DNA of 64,000 nucleotides, from contig OX597819.1 in NCBI GenBank assembly GCA_951406725.2, forward strand, positions 87,916,001 through 87,980,000, given 5' to 3'. Shown piece by piece: positions 26,445 through 41,273 of the stretch. How positions within the stretch are numbered: position 1 is the stretch's first letter; every line of letters starts with the position of its first letter. Under the pieces are notes generated by a model, which did not search any database, was not told the DNA's origin, and saw only the letters and a list, made by a program, of their open reading frames with translations. Made by a program: the position numbers and the translations under genes. Origin of the DNA: Octopus vulgaris (lineage: Eukaryota).

Positions 26445-26728
26445 CTCAAGCCATGCCTGGTTCATAAGGGCTGGTTTCATTGGCGGATAGGTTCCCCACC
26501 TGGACGGGACGCAGGTCTGTCGCAGGTGGGCTGCTAGATGCAGGAGGAAAGAGTGAGAGAAAGTTGTGGTGAAAGACTCAGCAGAAGTTCACCATTACCT
26601 TCTGCTGGAGCCATGTGGAGCTTAGGTGTTTTGCTCATAAACACACACATTACTTGGTCTGAGATTCGAACTTGTGATCCCTCAACCGCGAGTCCATTGC
26701 TCTAACCACTAGGCCATGTGCCTCCACT
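26445..26728 (-). mobile_element. tRNA-derived SINE, family B (diverged copy)
   Basis: Shares CTGGACGGGACG, GAAAGAGTGAGAGAAAGTTG and ATAAACACACACA blocks and the tRNA-like head with 4670-4937. Confidence 0.7.
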
Positions 26729-27112
26729 ATAAACTCTTAATGGTGATGATTACTGACAAAAAAGAAAAAGAAAATAGAAATAATTATACAATGTCTAAAC
26801 AGACAACAGTTTACACAGTGCTAAAAAGAGGACAATAGTTGAGTAAATAAAAGCCAACACTGAATAAATCCAATGCTATCTAATTGTAGTTTCATCTTTT
26901 GATCTTTTTAGAAATAATATTCTTGAATTGCTATATCCAAGAATTTAAAAGATGTATGGTATTTTTGAATTTATTCAGTATTATCTTTTATTTACCCCCC
27001 CCAAAATTAGTTTAAAAAATTGGGTTAACAAATTTGACATCAGATTACACATTGCTTGCTGGTACAGGTTGACTGTATGTATGCACACATGAAGTGTTGA
27101 CAACACTAATGG

Positions 27113-27148
<36 letters not shown>

Positions 27149-27165
27149 ATATATATATATGCAAA

Positions 27166-27732
27166 TGAGACCATAACCTTGTGGCCTTTGCCAGGGGTGT
27201 AATCAGTCTACTTGTGTGCCTTTCCTTCATTGGACACTAAACACTGCTTACAAAGACCTATTGAGGCAAGTGAAATCAAAATCAAATTCGATGACTGGCA
27301 TCCATGCTAGTGGAGAACTAAGAGTACCATGCAAGTGAGATCGTTGCCAGAGCAACAAGCTGGCCTCTGTGCCGATGGCACATTAAAAACACCATTCGAG
27401 CGTGATCGTTACCTGCGTTACCTTACAAGTACTTGTACTGGTGGCATGTGAAAAAACATTCGAGTGAGGCCAGTGCCGCTGGACTGGCTCCTGTGCAGGT
27501 GGCACATAAAAAGCACAATTTGAGCATGACCGTTGCCAGTACTGCCTGACTGGCCCTCGTGCTGGTGGCACATATAAGCACCCACTACACTCTCGGTTGG
27601 TGTTAGGAAGGGCATCCAGCTGTAGAAACTCGGCCAGATTAGATTGGAGTCTGGTGCAGCCATCTGGTTCACCAGACCCCAGTCAAATTGTCCAACCCAT
27701 GCTAGCATGGAAAGCAGACGTTAAATGATGAT
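27166..27732 (+). mobile_element. RTE-LINE 3' UTR or RTE-derived SINE fragment
   Basis: Ends GTTAGGAAGGGCATCCAGC...CCAACCCATGCTAGCATGGAAAGCAGACGTTAAATGATGAT, the same 3' end as the RTE at 27743-29030. Confidence 0.75.
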
Positions 27733-27742
27733 ATGTGTGTGT

Positions 27743-29030
27743 ATCATCATCATCATCATCATCATCATTTAGCGTCCGCTTTCCATGCTAGCATGGGTTG
27801 GACGGGTCAACTGGGGTCTGTGAAGCTGGAAGGCTTCGTCAGGCCCAGTCAAATCTGGCAGTGTTTCTACGGCTGGATGCCCTTCCTAACGCCAACCACT
27901 CCGCGAGTGTAGTGGGTGTTTTTTACGTGCCACCTGCACAGGTGCCAGACAGAGCTGGCGAACGGCCACGAACGGATGGTGCTTTTACGTGTCACCGGCA
28001 CGGGGCCAGGCGATGCTGGCAACGGACACGAACGGATGGTGCTTTTACATGCCACCGACACGGGGCCAGACAGAGCTGGCAAACGGCCATGAACGGACGG
28101 TGCTTTTACGTGTCACCGGCACGGGGGCCAGCCGAGGCTGACAACGAACACGAACGGATGGTGCTTTTACGTGCCCAGACAGAGCTGGCAAACGGCCACG
28201 AACGGACGGTGCTTTTACGTGTCACCGGCACGGGGGCCAGCCGAGGCTGGCAACGGACACAAACGGATGGTGCTTTTACGTGCCACCGACACGGAGGCCA
28301 GGCAGAGCTGGCAAACGGCCACGAGTGAATGGTGCTTTTACGTATCACCGGCACGGGTGCCAGACGAGGCTGACAGCGGACACGAACGGATGGGTCACTT
28401 AACCCCTGCTTTCTGATATATGATTTGATTTTGATTGTTCTCACTGGTCTTGCCGGGTCTTCTCACACACAGCATACTTCCATAGGTCTCGGTCTCTGGT
28501 CATTTCCTTGGTGAGACCTAGAGTTCGAAGGTCGTGCTTCATCACCTCGACCCAGGTTTTCCTGGGTCTACCTCTTCCACAGGTCCCCTCAACTGCCAGG
28601 GTGTGGCACTTTTTCACACACCTATCTTCATCCATTCTCACCACATGACCATACCAGCGCAGTCGTCTCTCTTACACACATCTGATGCCTCTTAGGTCCA
28701 ACTTTTCTCTCAAGGTACTTACACTCTGTCGACTATGAACACTGACATTACACATCCAACGGAGCATACTAGCTTCATTTCTCGCGAGCTTACGCATGTC
28801 CTCAGTAGTCACGGCCCATGTTTCACTGCCATGTAGCATGGCTGTTCGTACACATGCATCATACAGTCTGCCTTTTACTCTGAGCGAGAGGCCTTTAGTC
28901 ACCAACAGAGGTAAGAGCTCCCTAAACTTTGCCCAGGCTATTCTTACTCTAGCCGTTACACTTTCAGCACACCCACCCCCACTACTGACTTGGTCACCAA
29001 GATAACGGAAGCTATCAACTACTTCTAGAG
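27743..29030 (-). mobile_element. 5'-truncated RTE-clade LINE (ORF C-terminus, minisatellite-bearing 3' UTR, (GAT)n tail)
   Basis: Reads FRYLGDQ..ARVRIAWAKF..RLYDACVRTAMLHGSETW..MLRWMC..RRLRWYGHVVRM..RGRPRKTW. The tail appears as (CAT)n on the plus strand at 27743-27768. Confidence 0.9.
27920..28395. repeat. ~60-bp GC-rich minisatellite (~8 copies) in the RTE 3' UTR
   Basis: GTGCTTTTACGTGTCACCGGCACGGGG...GCTGGCAA(A)CGG(C/A)CACGAACGGATG recurs at ~60-bp spacing, e.g. 27979 and 28039. Confidence 0.85.
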
Positions 29031-32000
29031 AAATAAACATAGAATGTATGATCCCTTAATCATGCTGTGTGTGTACATACAACTCAACTGATTTAACCTG
29101 AAAACTTTTAAAACAGAATTTTTAAACTTCCCTTTAGCTACTTATCAGCATTCGGACAGTTTAACATACTCTGCATTTGAATTGTTTATCCATTGGTTTT
29201 GCATGAATTTAACTTCCCAAAATCAAACTATGGTGATAAGGTCTACAAAAAATCCAAAATATTTATTGTATTTTAATGGTGCCTAGCAACTGAAATGGTT
29301 TTTATAGTCACCTCTCAATCTTTTACATTTACTTTGCAAATTGCATCGCAACAAAACAACAAGTGTATTATCTTATCATAATCATTGTGGGCAGAGAACA
29401 TCTGACTACATGTACAGGCTATCTAGCTTGTAATTTAATGACTTTATCTGTTCTTAACCACTGAGACAGAGATGGAAAAACCAAAAGCTAATTAACTTGT
29501 ATTTTCAAGTCTGTACATATTACATGCCATACTCTTAATCCAATACTGTGTAAGGTTTCTTTTGTTTAGCTGTCGATATTATCCTTGTGTAATCAAACTA
29601 TTCAGATATCTTGGCTACAGAAAACTTCTTCATACACTTATTTGATACAGTCCAGTTTTACCATATCTGTTCAATTAAAAGTTAAACTAGAATGTCTTAT
29701 CTAAATAATCTTTTGTTTGTCATAATAACAAGGTTTTCTCTTCAATAGAAATTTGTACTTCAGAATAAAACAGCATAGGCACTTGTTATATTTAACTCTA
29801 GATTAGTTTCTTCCTTTCAACATTGAGCTTTACGTTTTTTTTAACAATATTTTTTAAAGAATGTGAAAGTAATTAATTTATCAGCCATATTACCTGCATG
29901 CTTGGTAAAATGAATATCTTTAATGTTACTTTTATAAAACCAATAAGATCAATTTTTTTAGCCTTTAGCATGCTACAGCCATCATATTATTAGTTATCAC
30001 TCTAAGATGCTGATGAGTCTTCATGTAGCCAATATTTGTTGCAATTAAATCTAAGTATTCATTGCAACATTAGATTACATTTGAAAACAATATGGCATCA
30101 ATGCCTAAGCCATTCATTGGCTAAAAAAAAGAACATGTTCAAACAATACAACTGAAAAACATTAGTCCCTTGTATCCCAGGTTCAGATCCTATCAGTTCC
30201 AGCATGGCAAAGGTCTTCAAACAGACCTATGTCTTTATTCAGCAACAATGTCTGGGCTACTTTCCAAGTAATATTGTGAACCAGAGCTCTTAATGACTTG
30301 GCTCTTCCAGTTGTCAGTCCCTATAAAATATTGGCCATCTGAAGGGGTATATTTGTAGAGTAATAATAGAAACAATATTACAGTTTTCTATAGGATTGAG
30401 CTGGTTAAGTGTGCTTGGGATATTTAACAAGGAGAACACTTCTAATATAAACGGGTAAGAAATTCTTCATAGGACAATTCTCATAGGACAAAATCTCATA
30501 AAAATGCACTCTTTTTATTCTAACACAGTTCACTTTAAAAATTTCTTGAAAATTTAGAAGTTGATGGAAATTTAGAAGTTGATGAAAATTTAGAAGTTGA
30601 TGGAAATTTAAAATAGTATACCATAATGAAAAAAACTCAACTTTCTGGATATGTGATTGTTGAAAGTACAATGATAATTGGCATCACTGATTTAGTGATT
30701 GGGAAAAAGAGTCAATGTCTGAATCAGCTAAAGAGGTTTACATTCATATACTTTCATATTTCATTGAACATGCCCTGACCAAATATTTAGAATCACAGCT
30801 GATAAGAGAAAATAATTCATTGAACCTAATGGGAAATGAACACATTACTCGGTAGTTAATAGTGCCAAGATTGAATCATTTCACAATAGATTAAATGGAA
30901 AGATAATAAAGTATATCAACATTAATGCCCAAGTCAATATGATAGTAAAGGGAAAACCCTAAAAGTACAAGACATTAACTAAATCCCTCTAAGGCACAAT
31001 TAAATATTTCTAGTTTGCTTCCAATTTATGCTCAATCAATATAATCATACTAGGTATGCATTCAAAATGTTTGAACATGGTTACACTATATTTCACATTT
31101 TCTGCATAATATACTTAACATAACATATTGTTCCTAAATAGAAGAGATAACTCTCTTCAATTGAAGAAATACTGTTCAAATATTCAGGTCCCCCTACAGC
31201 AATAGTCAATATTCATGTCTCTCTATGGCATAGAAATTTATGTGAACTTTATTAAATGATTCTTGCCAATGTAGCTCACAGCTAGTTTCCTCTGACTGGT
31301 TTTTATTTCCTGCATTAAAATGCTTATCATTATTTTGATATCCAAAGTGCTACTACATACCCTTACATTTCACTATTGGCTCTAATTCATTGACATTTTT
31401 TTCAACACCAATTCATTCTTCATATACATAGTATTACTTTTGGACTGTATATCTCACTTGGTCTCTTTGGTAGAGTTGTTACAGTCATCAGGATGAGGAG
31501 TAAATGAACAGTGCTTTATAGTAAATAAGCAAATTCAACAAACATACTAAAATTAATCTCCACAACAGCTGTTTCAATCCTCAGTTAAAACTGCTTTACT
31601 TTCTTAGCAATGTACTTAAGGAAAAAAATAGGCCCTAAACATACAGGCATATATTAAGAAGTCTGCATGTAACCATGTAGTTTTGAATCTCATCTTACTG
31701 TATGGCACCTGTTGTAAATGTCTTCTACTGTAAGTCCAGGTTGGCTAATATATTGGAAGTATAATTTGGAAAACAGAATCTGTGTGTGTATGTGTTGACA
31801 TCTTTCCATATCAAAAGTATTTCATTCTGGTATTTATTTTATCAAACAGCTAAATACTGGAGGTAAAGCTGATTGACTAAAACCATTGAGAGTAGTTCCT
31901 TGACCCAGTCACAATCCAGAAGAAAGAAAGCATCAAAATTTCACCAATTTCTATAAAATTTTAAAGTTCCAAACAGTGGGAGCCAGTCCCAGTGTATCAT

Positions 32001-35000
32001 TTACTGAGACGAATAATCATATGTAGTAACACTTCTTGCTTTGGTTAAGTGGATCTCAGTTTAGGCAATTTGAAATGAGCATAAACAGTCTCTAGGTAGA
32101 ATAAGTATAGATCAGTAATATTGAAAATGACATGGCTTTAGCTTTTTGTTCTCATGATATAATGATACTGTTTCAGAGGACATACCAAAAGTTTGTCTAA
32201 TACCAAGTTTAAGGCCTACTTTCTCGGTGTTGCTTTTGTCCCTTTCTTGGGTATCTTAATAGTTTCTATTAATCATTTCACAAATTGTCTAGAGATTCTG
32301 AATTCTTATTTCATACAAATAAAATGGCCACACCTATGAAATTTCACTGAGAGAATTTTATTTTCAATGCTTGTAGGTCAAGCACTGTCAAAGACTTTAT
32401 TGGGAATATGGTATTGTAAATATATTTATCTGACTGACTGCAAATGTGTTTGTATCCTAGACACAGGATAGCTTCTGGAATTTCAGAATGCAGATTTCAC
32501 AATGGTTTGGGATAACTGAAAAATATACCAAATGCTTAGCAAGATCTTAGGATTCTAGCTGCTTATAACTTATTCAGACTGTCTGGTCAAACAATGATTA
32601 AAAAGAATTCCTTTTGTAGTCTGTATTTAGCTGTGTCCAACCACTCATGCATGTATAAAGATAGCACACAACCGGTGAATGCTGAGAAGTATCAAGTTCT
32701 TGGACTAGCTTAAAAACAATCATTCTCTAAACAGTACTTATTTCCAATTTATGCTACAAACCAAAACTAATCAGAATAACTAAGAAAAATCTCATCTGTA
32801 TACTAGCACAATCAACCTTTCTTGTCTTCTTCCACCAACCTTTCTTGACAATGCACTAATACTTACCATACATATGCTCATATTTCTCTTCCTGAGAAAG
32901 GTGTAAATGCAACATTTTATTACCATCTAAAATAGAGAGCCTTTGTTTTTCTGTAAGTGAAAAGAAAGTTTTCTTTTCTTTCTGTTTCTATTTTTTCTTC
33001 ATTCAATTAATGTAACAGAGAACAATTCTGTTGATGAAAAGCTAGCAAGAGGTCTAAAAAATTTTTAATAAATAAAAAAATACATAGCCTGTGTACAACT
33101 CTAATTTTGTTTTGCATTCAAATCAATTGTTATTTAAACAAATGACAACTATAAAAATTTTTTTGTAGTTTTTTTTTTGTTATATATAATTTGAGGCACA
33201 CATCTAAAAAAGGGATACATTCACTTTTTCTTTTTCTTTCAGAAAGGGGAAGAGTAAGCCCATAGCCTTGAAGTTCAAAGTTTGTCATTGTGCAACATTA
33301 AAAAACAAAAAACTGAGAGGAGGAGAAGGAGTGAATAAGAGAAACATTGAAAGGTAAGGAAGTTTGAAAAAAGAGCACCACACCCCACAAAACTATCAAT
33401 AAATGCAAGGCAAGGAACTATCAAAGCTGTTTACAAAACAACATTTGATAACTGCTATATTAGACATTAATAGAAAAATGGGCAGCTTGTGTGATTTAAT
33501 CAATTGTAGACTAGTGAATCTTTCAAGTCGGTTTACCTTGTCCATTATAGTAAAACGGAACAAGGGGTAAAAAAAAAAAGAAGAGAGAGAGAAGAGGGAA
33601 GGAGTGTATGTAGCTATTAAATATTTGCTTACATTGAAAAAAAGTAATGCATATTTTATCCAAATATTTCATTTCACTCCTATTTTAAAAGTCCAACACG
33701 CAAAGAATAGCATAGGGTAGAAAGAGGAGTGATGTGAAAGAAAGGAGGGGGTAAGAAGCAGAACAGGGCAAAGAGAAATAAAATGAGGCTGTAGGGTACT
33801 GTTGATTTAAATTTCAACTTTCATAATTTGAGAGTTACATGATTGTCACTTGAGCTGCAAATCTTTGGGGTAGAAAATTAAAAAATAAAAAAATAATGAT
33901 AATACCTTCATAGTTATAAATGGTCTTAGACAGCTGTTGACAAAAAAATATCCTTAAATTGTAGAGTGGAAAGAAATGAAAAGAAAGAAAAAAATGGGGT
34001 TTTGACCACTAAAATGTTGACGGAACAGGTAATATAACAGTCACATGAAATTAGTGACCAAAATTTCCACTTGTAATAATAATAATAATGATAATAATAA
34101 TAATGTAGTTACAGAGAGAGGAAAAAAATTTAATGATTTGAATTCACAAGATATCATTTACGTGTGTTGTGTGCATAAATGATCACTAATTGGCACACAA
34201 TATAATATAAATAAAACAAAAAGTTCAGAATTATAAAAGAAGAAAAAGTTTGCAAGTGGCACACATAATTGCAATATGCAATACCAGAAGTTCTTTTAGT
34301 TTCACTCTGTACAAGACAGAAGCTTCTTTTTTGATAATTTTTTTTTGTTTTCTTTTAATTTTAAATGTTGCGCAGTTCCCCTTACTATTTTGGACCTAGT
34401 TGTTTGGAGTAATTATAAAGAAAGAAAAAAAATTCATCTTTGGAATGTATTTATATATGTTAAGTGTATGCTTGTGAGTGTGTGTGTTTATAAATAGGGA
34501 AAGAGAAGAGGAAGCTCTGTGTATATGTATGTACTAACACTTACTTTAAAATAAAATTGTGTGGTTGCATAAGGGAATTTATGGGGGGGGGCAGAAACTT
34601 TAAACAAGGCAGTATGCATACATTTGAGTTGTGTTTACATTGCAAGTTGAAAGAAAAAAATTTGGCAAATTCTTAAAAAGGAGTGGGTGTAAAGAATTAT
34701 AATAAGTCAGATAAATTACATCATGTGCCAATTCCAACTTAATTAAACAAATTATGTAGATAAAGAAAGTAACATGGCAGTTACAGCTCAGTTAAGGAAT
34801 GAAAAGCTCACAAATAAGTTGTTAAATTTAATATTTTCTTAGAAGGAATGACAAGGAAAATATGAACAAATTTAAATATTTTATTTTCAGTACCAGATTC
34901 AACACTACCAACTGTTAACAACTTTAGTAATTTGTGCAATCTTCTGTTTACTATGGTTTGTAATTGTTAAAATGATGTCAATGTCACCAGGTAGTTTGGA

Positions 35001-35725
35001 CTGGCTTTTAAATAGTCAAGTTGGAGGCAAATTGTCAAATTCTAAACCTAGCAGAGGATTCAACTTGTATAACATTCCTAACCAGTCATTAATATTTAGG
35101 CTCTCATTAATTATTAAACTTAGTGTGGTATTAAGAGATAGCAGAGCAAATAGGCTCAGGTTTACTCGTGTTACTAAATATTTATGAAAATACAAGAGCT
35201 GATGTTACAATAATTTACGAGTAAAATATACACACACAAATAGATAAATTCGTATTCTTGCATTTTACTCCAGCAAGCTTTCAGCAACAAAATACATTAA
35301 GTTGATAGAATTGACGAGCAAATGGCTAGTAAAAATTTAAGTACTTTGTATGTGAAATAAAACCAGTATAGACTATAAATTTATCTTGCTCTATGATTAC
35401 TGTAGATTCTTGTTGTTAACACTAAACTAAACTATTTAAAATTTTAGTCAGTTTTCTCCCTGAAGAAATTCATGCAATATTATATGTATGTATCTTTGTA
35501 CCTCCTCATCTTGACATGTGATAGTTTGTTAACAAGTGTCACTATCAAGTAAGTGGCGTCATTCATTTTCAGTCTTCCATGGAAACATGTCCAGTCATTG
35601 GGAAATATTACCTTGTTTGAAAACAAGAGTTAGCAACAGGAAGGGCATCTGATTGTAAAAAACTTTACCTCAACAAATCCCATCTGACCCATGCAAGCAT
35701 GTTAAACTGGACATTAAATCAATGA

Positions 35726-35729
35726 TATT

Positions 35730-35762
<33 letters not shown>

Positions 35763-36233
35763 CATACATATATACATACATATATAATATATATATATAC
35801 ATACATACATATATACATACATATATATATATATATATACATACATACATATATACATACATATATATATATATATACATACATACATATACATACATAT
35901 ATATATATATATACATACATACATATACATACATATATATATATATATACATACATACATATACATACATATACATATACATACATACATATACATACAT
36001 ACATACATACACATACATATACATACATACATACATATACATACATATATATACATACATATACATACATACATATATATATACATACATACATATATAT
36101 ATACATACATACATACATATACATACATACATATACATACATACATATATATACATACATACATATACACATACATACATATATACACATACATACATAT
36201 ATACACATACATACATATATACACATACATACA

Positions 36234-36269
<36 letters not shown>

Positions 36270-36317
36270 TACATACATATACATATATACATATATATAT
36301 ATACATACATATATACA

Positions 36318-36351
<34 letters not shown>

Positions 36352-36481
36352 CATACATATATACATACATACATATATATATACATACATACATATATAC
36401 ATACATACATACATATATACATACATACATACATACATACATACATACATACATACATACATACATACATACATACATACA

Positions 36482-36517
<36 letters not shown>

Positions 36518-36791
36518 TATACATACATATATATATATACATATATATATACATACATATATATATACATACATACATACATATATATATACATACATAT
36601 ATATATACATACATACATATATACATACATACATATATACATACATACATATATACATACATACATATATACATACATACATATATATATATATACATAC
36701 ATATATATATACATACATATATATATACATACATATATATATACATACATATATATATACATACATACATATATATATATATACACATACA

Positions 36792-36823
<32 letters not shown>

Positions 36824-36885
36824 CATACATATATATATACATATATATATATGTTGTATGTGTGGAGGTATGTATGTATGTATGT
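35726..36885. repeat. ~1.15-kb compound (TACA)n/(TA)n microsatellite
   Basis: Read directly from the sequence. It produces the spurious Y/M/V/C/I ORFs in all three minus frames. Confidence 0.97.
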
Positions 36886-37486
36886 TCAAATGCTAAAGTT
36901 TGTCACTGAAGGAGTGTAGAGTGTATAGTATATTTAAACTGAATTCTTTTAATTGCAACTTTATTTTCACACCAGCACAATCTTATGATGAACAGTTTTA
37001 CAATATTTTTAAGTTGGTTTTATATTTATTGATAAACATTCATTATTTTGAATTTCTAAGTCCTAGCCAGCTTCTAAATATTCTTTTTTTAAGGTTGTGT
37101 TTATGAGTGTAGTTGCTTTTCCTTTTGCTCCAATTTGCTGGTTACAGTAATGAAATTGGCAGGTAGGGAATAAGACAACCACCGAATTGGACAATGAAAA
37201 CTGACAATATGACAATGATTAAAAAGTAAAAGTTCATATAGACCAATAAAATGGTGAATTTGACCAATGGCAATGGAACAACCAATGAATTGGCAAACGA
37301 AAAGTGACAACAATTATAAACACCACTTGGACAAAATAATATTTAGAAAGTGACCAAAAAATGAACCAACTTCAATGGATATAAAATCAGCTAGGAATAT
37401 TGTAAAAGTTAATTCACATTAAGATCATAGTAGTGTGAAATATGAATTGTGTAAAGAATTCACTATATATAAGCACACACACGCAC

Positions 37487-37540
<54 letters not shown>

Positions 37541-40500
37541 TATACATACACACATACTCATATGCACTTATTTCTTTACTTATAATGTAGAACTTAAATA
37601 TAGAATAAAGCAAATTTATCAGAAACCTCAAAAACTAGTTAGCCTAAGTTGTTTATAAATCGTGGTATATTCTATCCACTTGGAAATATGGATAGAAGAG
37701 GCAGGAATTAATGTAATGTTCAGCAGATGATGAGACTGAACATGAGATGTCTCCATACAAAATATATACTCCTGATTTGTTTGACACCTTTGTGACAGTG
37801 ATTAAGAGAGAATAGCTAGTGGCAGAAAACAGGATGGTGTAATTATACTAAACAAATCACAATACTGTCACAGATATTCTTGTAGTCCAGACTTTTCACA
37901 GAATACACCAGTGTTGAAAGTATGAGAAAAAAAGCAAAAAGGAAAGCATAATAATTATGTTAATAACAATATTAATAATAGCATAAAGAGCTTCCTATAG
38001 TAATGTACATATGGTCAATGCAGAGTATAACTGAACCACAAGTACTTCATACCTACCAGAGTAGGTTTAATCCAAGATAATGTCAAGGGTTAATGTGCAT
38101 GAATTACACTGTTTCCAGACAAAGGATATTCATACTAAATTCTGTTTACACTACATAGCAGTCAATAATGAAAACTATTGAATTCATGCAGCCACGTCTT
38201 TTTCTTTCATAATGAAGCAAACCAAAGTATCATCACAGCAATACTCTGATAGCAGTGAAGACACCAAAATTGTTATCCCAACAAAAAGAGAGGATACCAA
38301 AACTGCCAATAGGTCACCAATTTCTGTTAGAAGAAATGCAAACATCTAAAACAGCACAATTACATCAAAGTCCCCTTGTAGTAAAGTAACAAAGCTCACC
38401 AATGTTACATTCCATTACAATGAAGACATTATTGATACCAACTAACACCTCCACTATAATGAAGATAGCAAATATTAAAAACAAGGAAAATACTATTAAT
38501 GTAATTCTATCACAAACAACCAACTATAATTTCCACAAGAATAATTTGTGTTGGTCAAACTACTAAAATGTAAATAATATACCAAAGTGTTAATTAGCTG
38601 CTTTGTTTATCATTGTATTTTATACTAAATTGTATTGAGGAGAAATAGAATGGAAAATTGACAAATCTACTTACAAAGGCCTACTCCCAGGAGAAAAGAA
38701 AAAAAAAACTCACCTATTCCTAGTGATATTAAAGTAACACACACATGCATATATACATACACACACACATACAAGTAGAGCTTAGTGAAAATGTGATTTA
38801 GCAGCCTCTCAGTTACAGATGCAAGATAATGTGCTGATTCAGCAAAACAATTACATCAATTAGTGTGTTCATACTTCACCATCAAAATAACTAAATTTTG
38901 TAGGAAAGTGTTCTATATCAGCCTACTTGTTAAACAATCAATAAAACTTGATATGTGATAAAGAAATTTAAAAAAAAAATACTGTGTGTGTTGTTTTTGT
39001 TGTATATATTGATGGAAATATATATACCAAATTTATGGCAGAGGCCAGCATACCAAATGTATACAGTAACAGTCAGGAAAATTCTGGCAGTTACACCAAA
39101 TATGATGCAGAAAGACTTTTATATTTATGACAAAGAAAAAATGTTTTAAAAGCTCCCAAAATAAAAAAAAAAACACCCCGACAATTTTATAACTCTTACT
39201 AACAGAGAAAAATAGAAGCCCCCCATTAAAAGACTGTTAAATATAGCCATCCCCATACAAATAGTACAAATAAGCAAAAGTTCAATAAGAGTTATTGGAA
39301 TGAATTTATTGTAGAAAGTCAAGTAAGAATTTGTGTGTAGGTGTGTGTAAGATTTTTTTGTCATTTTAAAACTCTTCCTACATATTAATCATCTACAATT
39401 GCTAAGAATGCATATTTCAAGAATATCACAATTATACCTCTATAAACCTTTAGAGTTTGTTCACATGATGATTATAAGAATAACAATATTACAGCAGCAC
39501 CAACATTTACAAAATGCTAATTGAGATTTGGTTTGTGTTAAATTTTCATTTGTTTAAAAAAAAAACCAAAAAAAGGAACAACTATCAATTAAGATATATT
39601 GAATAGAAGTGCTAATTATTAAAAATATTTAATTGGATTCAATTAAACCCTATATACATAAGTTGCCTACCCTACAGCATATTAAATATATCACCAGACT
39701 ATATAAAACATTGAAGTAATCAGTTAAAAGAAAGAAAAAAAATAAACAAAAACACATCACAAAATATTTGTAATAAGAATGTATTAAAGAAAAATTTTCT
39801 TTCATATTTTTTGTTTGATTATTGTTTTTCCAAAGGGGTGGGAACAGAAGGGCATGAGGAAACAGAGAACAAGACAGCTGGTGAGATATAGTGAAAATGA
39901 AAAGTGAATAAAGATAGATAACAGAAGATACATCAATGGTAGAAAATACTGAGAGAGAGGGAGGGAGAGAGAGAAGAAACATTTTATATGAAGAATGATG
40001 AAGAGAAAGAGGGTGATAAGTTAGAGAAATTTTCTTAGTTAAAGACAATGGGAAAAAAATAGTAAAACAGAAGCTGTAGTTGAGAGAGGAATGAAATTGA
40101 CATAAGTTTGTAAAAATTCCAAATATTTCTAAATTAAGAATCAGTTATAAGTTGTTTTTTTTTAATCCAGAATATACAAAGACTTTATGGGGAAAATGGT
40201 GTATATTTAATTAAAGAAAATTAAACCGAGGCATTTATTTATTTCTTTAAATTTAATTGTGTTGAGCATTGCAAACTGACGATACTACACAAATATGTTC
40301 ATGCAAGATATCTCTTGCTAGCAAATGACTGCCAATGATATCAGAATGTAACAAATGACATTTATAAGCACACCTTATCAAGAATGCATGCACACACGTG
40401 CATGCATACACACATACACACACATACATAACAAACCACTTATAATAGCAATCCTTCATGAATAGTCGGAAACAAAAAGATAATGGAGAAGATAGTGAGG

Positions 40501-41151
40501 TTTAAAGCATAAGGGGGCGGGGAAAGCAAATGAATGTGAGAAAAGATAATGAATATTTTTCTCAAAAAGGGGGTCAATAGGAGCAGGTGATAAGAGGGCA
40601 ACCTTAGATTAAAAATATTAGTATTAAAAATTAGAAGAAAAGTTGTATTAAAATTCTATGTAAACTGGTTATGGTACCCAATTCTAAAGAAACATTTATA
40701 CAAGATCTAATGTGTTCTAAAAAGATTTTTCTCCCAATTTAAACAGCTTAAATTTAAAAGGATGAAAAAGACAAAAAAAAAAGGTTCCTTTCCTTACTAA
40801 GCTATCAGCGTACCTAAAAGACACTATGAAGCAACAAGTGCAAGATAGGAATAATAATAATAATAAGATTAGAAGTAAACAAAAAAATAAAGTTAAAAAT
40901 AGCAAAGTTAATTTTCAAACAATAATACTTATGATAATGATAAAAGCATTGTTAACAAAAATATACATGCATTTAAATTTTCAACACAAACTATAAAAAT
41001 ACTAATAAAGAAAAAGAAAATATATAAAAAGGAAAATGTAGACCAGAAAAAAAGAAGGTAAACACTTTCACCCACTTCTTTTCATAGTCTTTTCCCCACT
41101 AAAATCTGTTCCATTTATACAGTTTGGTATTTGTCAACTTTACCATGATAG

Positions 41152-41173
41152 GAGAGAAAGAGAGAGAGAGAGT

Positions 41174-41227
<54 letters not shown>

Positions 41228-41232
41228 AAGAG
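41152..41232. repeat. (CT)n tract (minus strand) in the proximal PARP 3' UTR
   Basis: Seen as (GA)n on the plus strand, about 40 nt after the stop codon. Confidence 0.9.
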
Positions 41233-41273
41233 ATATGCTATCAAGAGTGTTTCATATAAAAATCAGTCTATCA

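Noticed and set aside
27798-28444. Repetitive ORFs of 70-176 aa on both strands
   Set aside because: They arise from the 60-bp GC-rich minisatellite in the RTE 3' UTR.
30545-30610. 18-bp x3 repeat (LLNFHQ x3 in ORF 30405-30671)
   Set aside because: A small local tandem duplication with no coding evidence.
35670-36889. Three 360-390-aa minus-strand ORFs
   Set aside because: They are translations of a stop-free (TACA)/(TA) microsatellite and are not coding.
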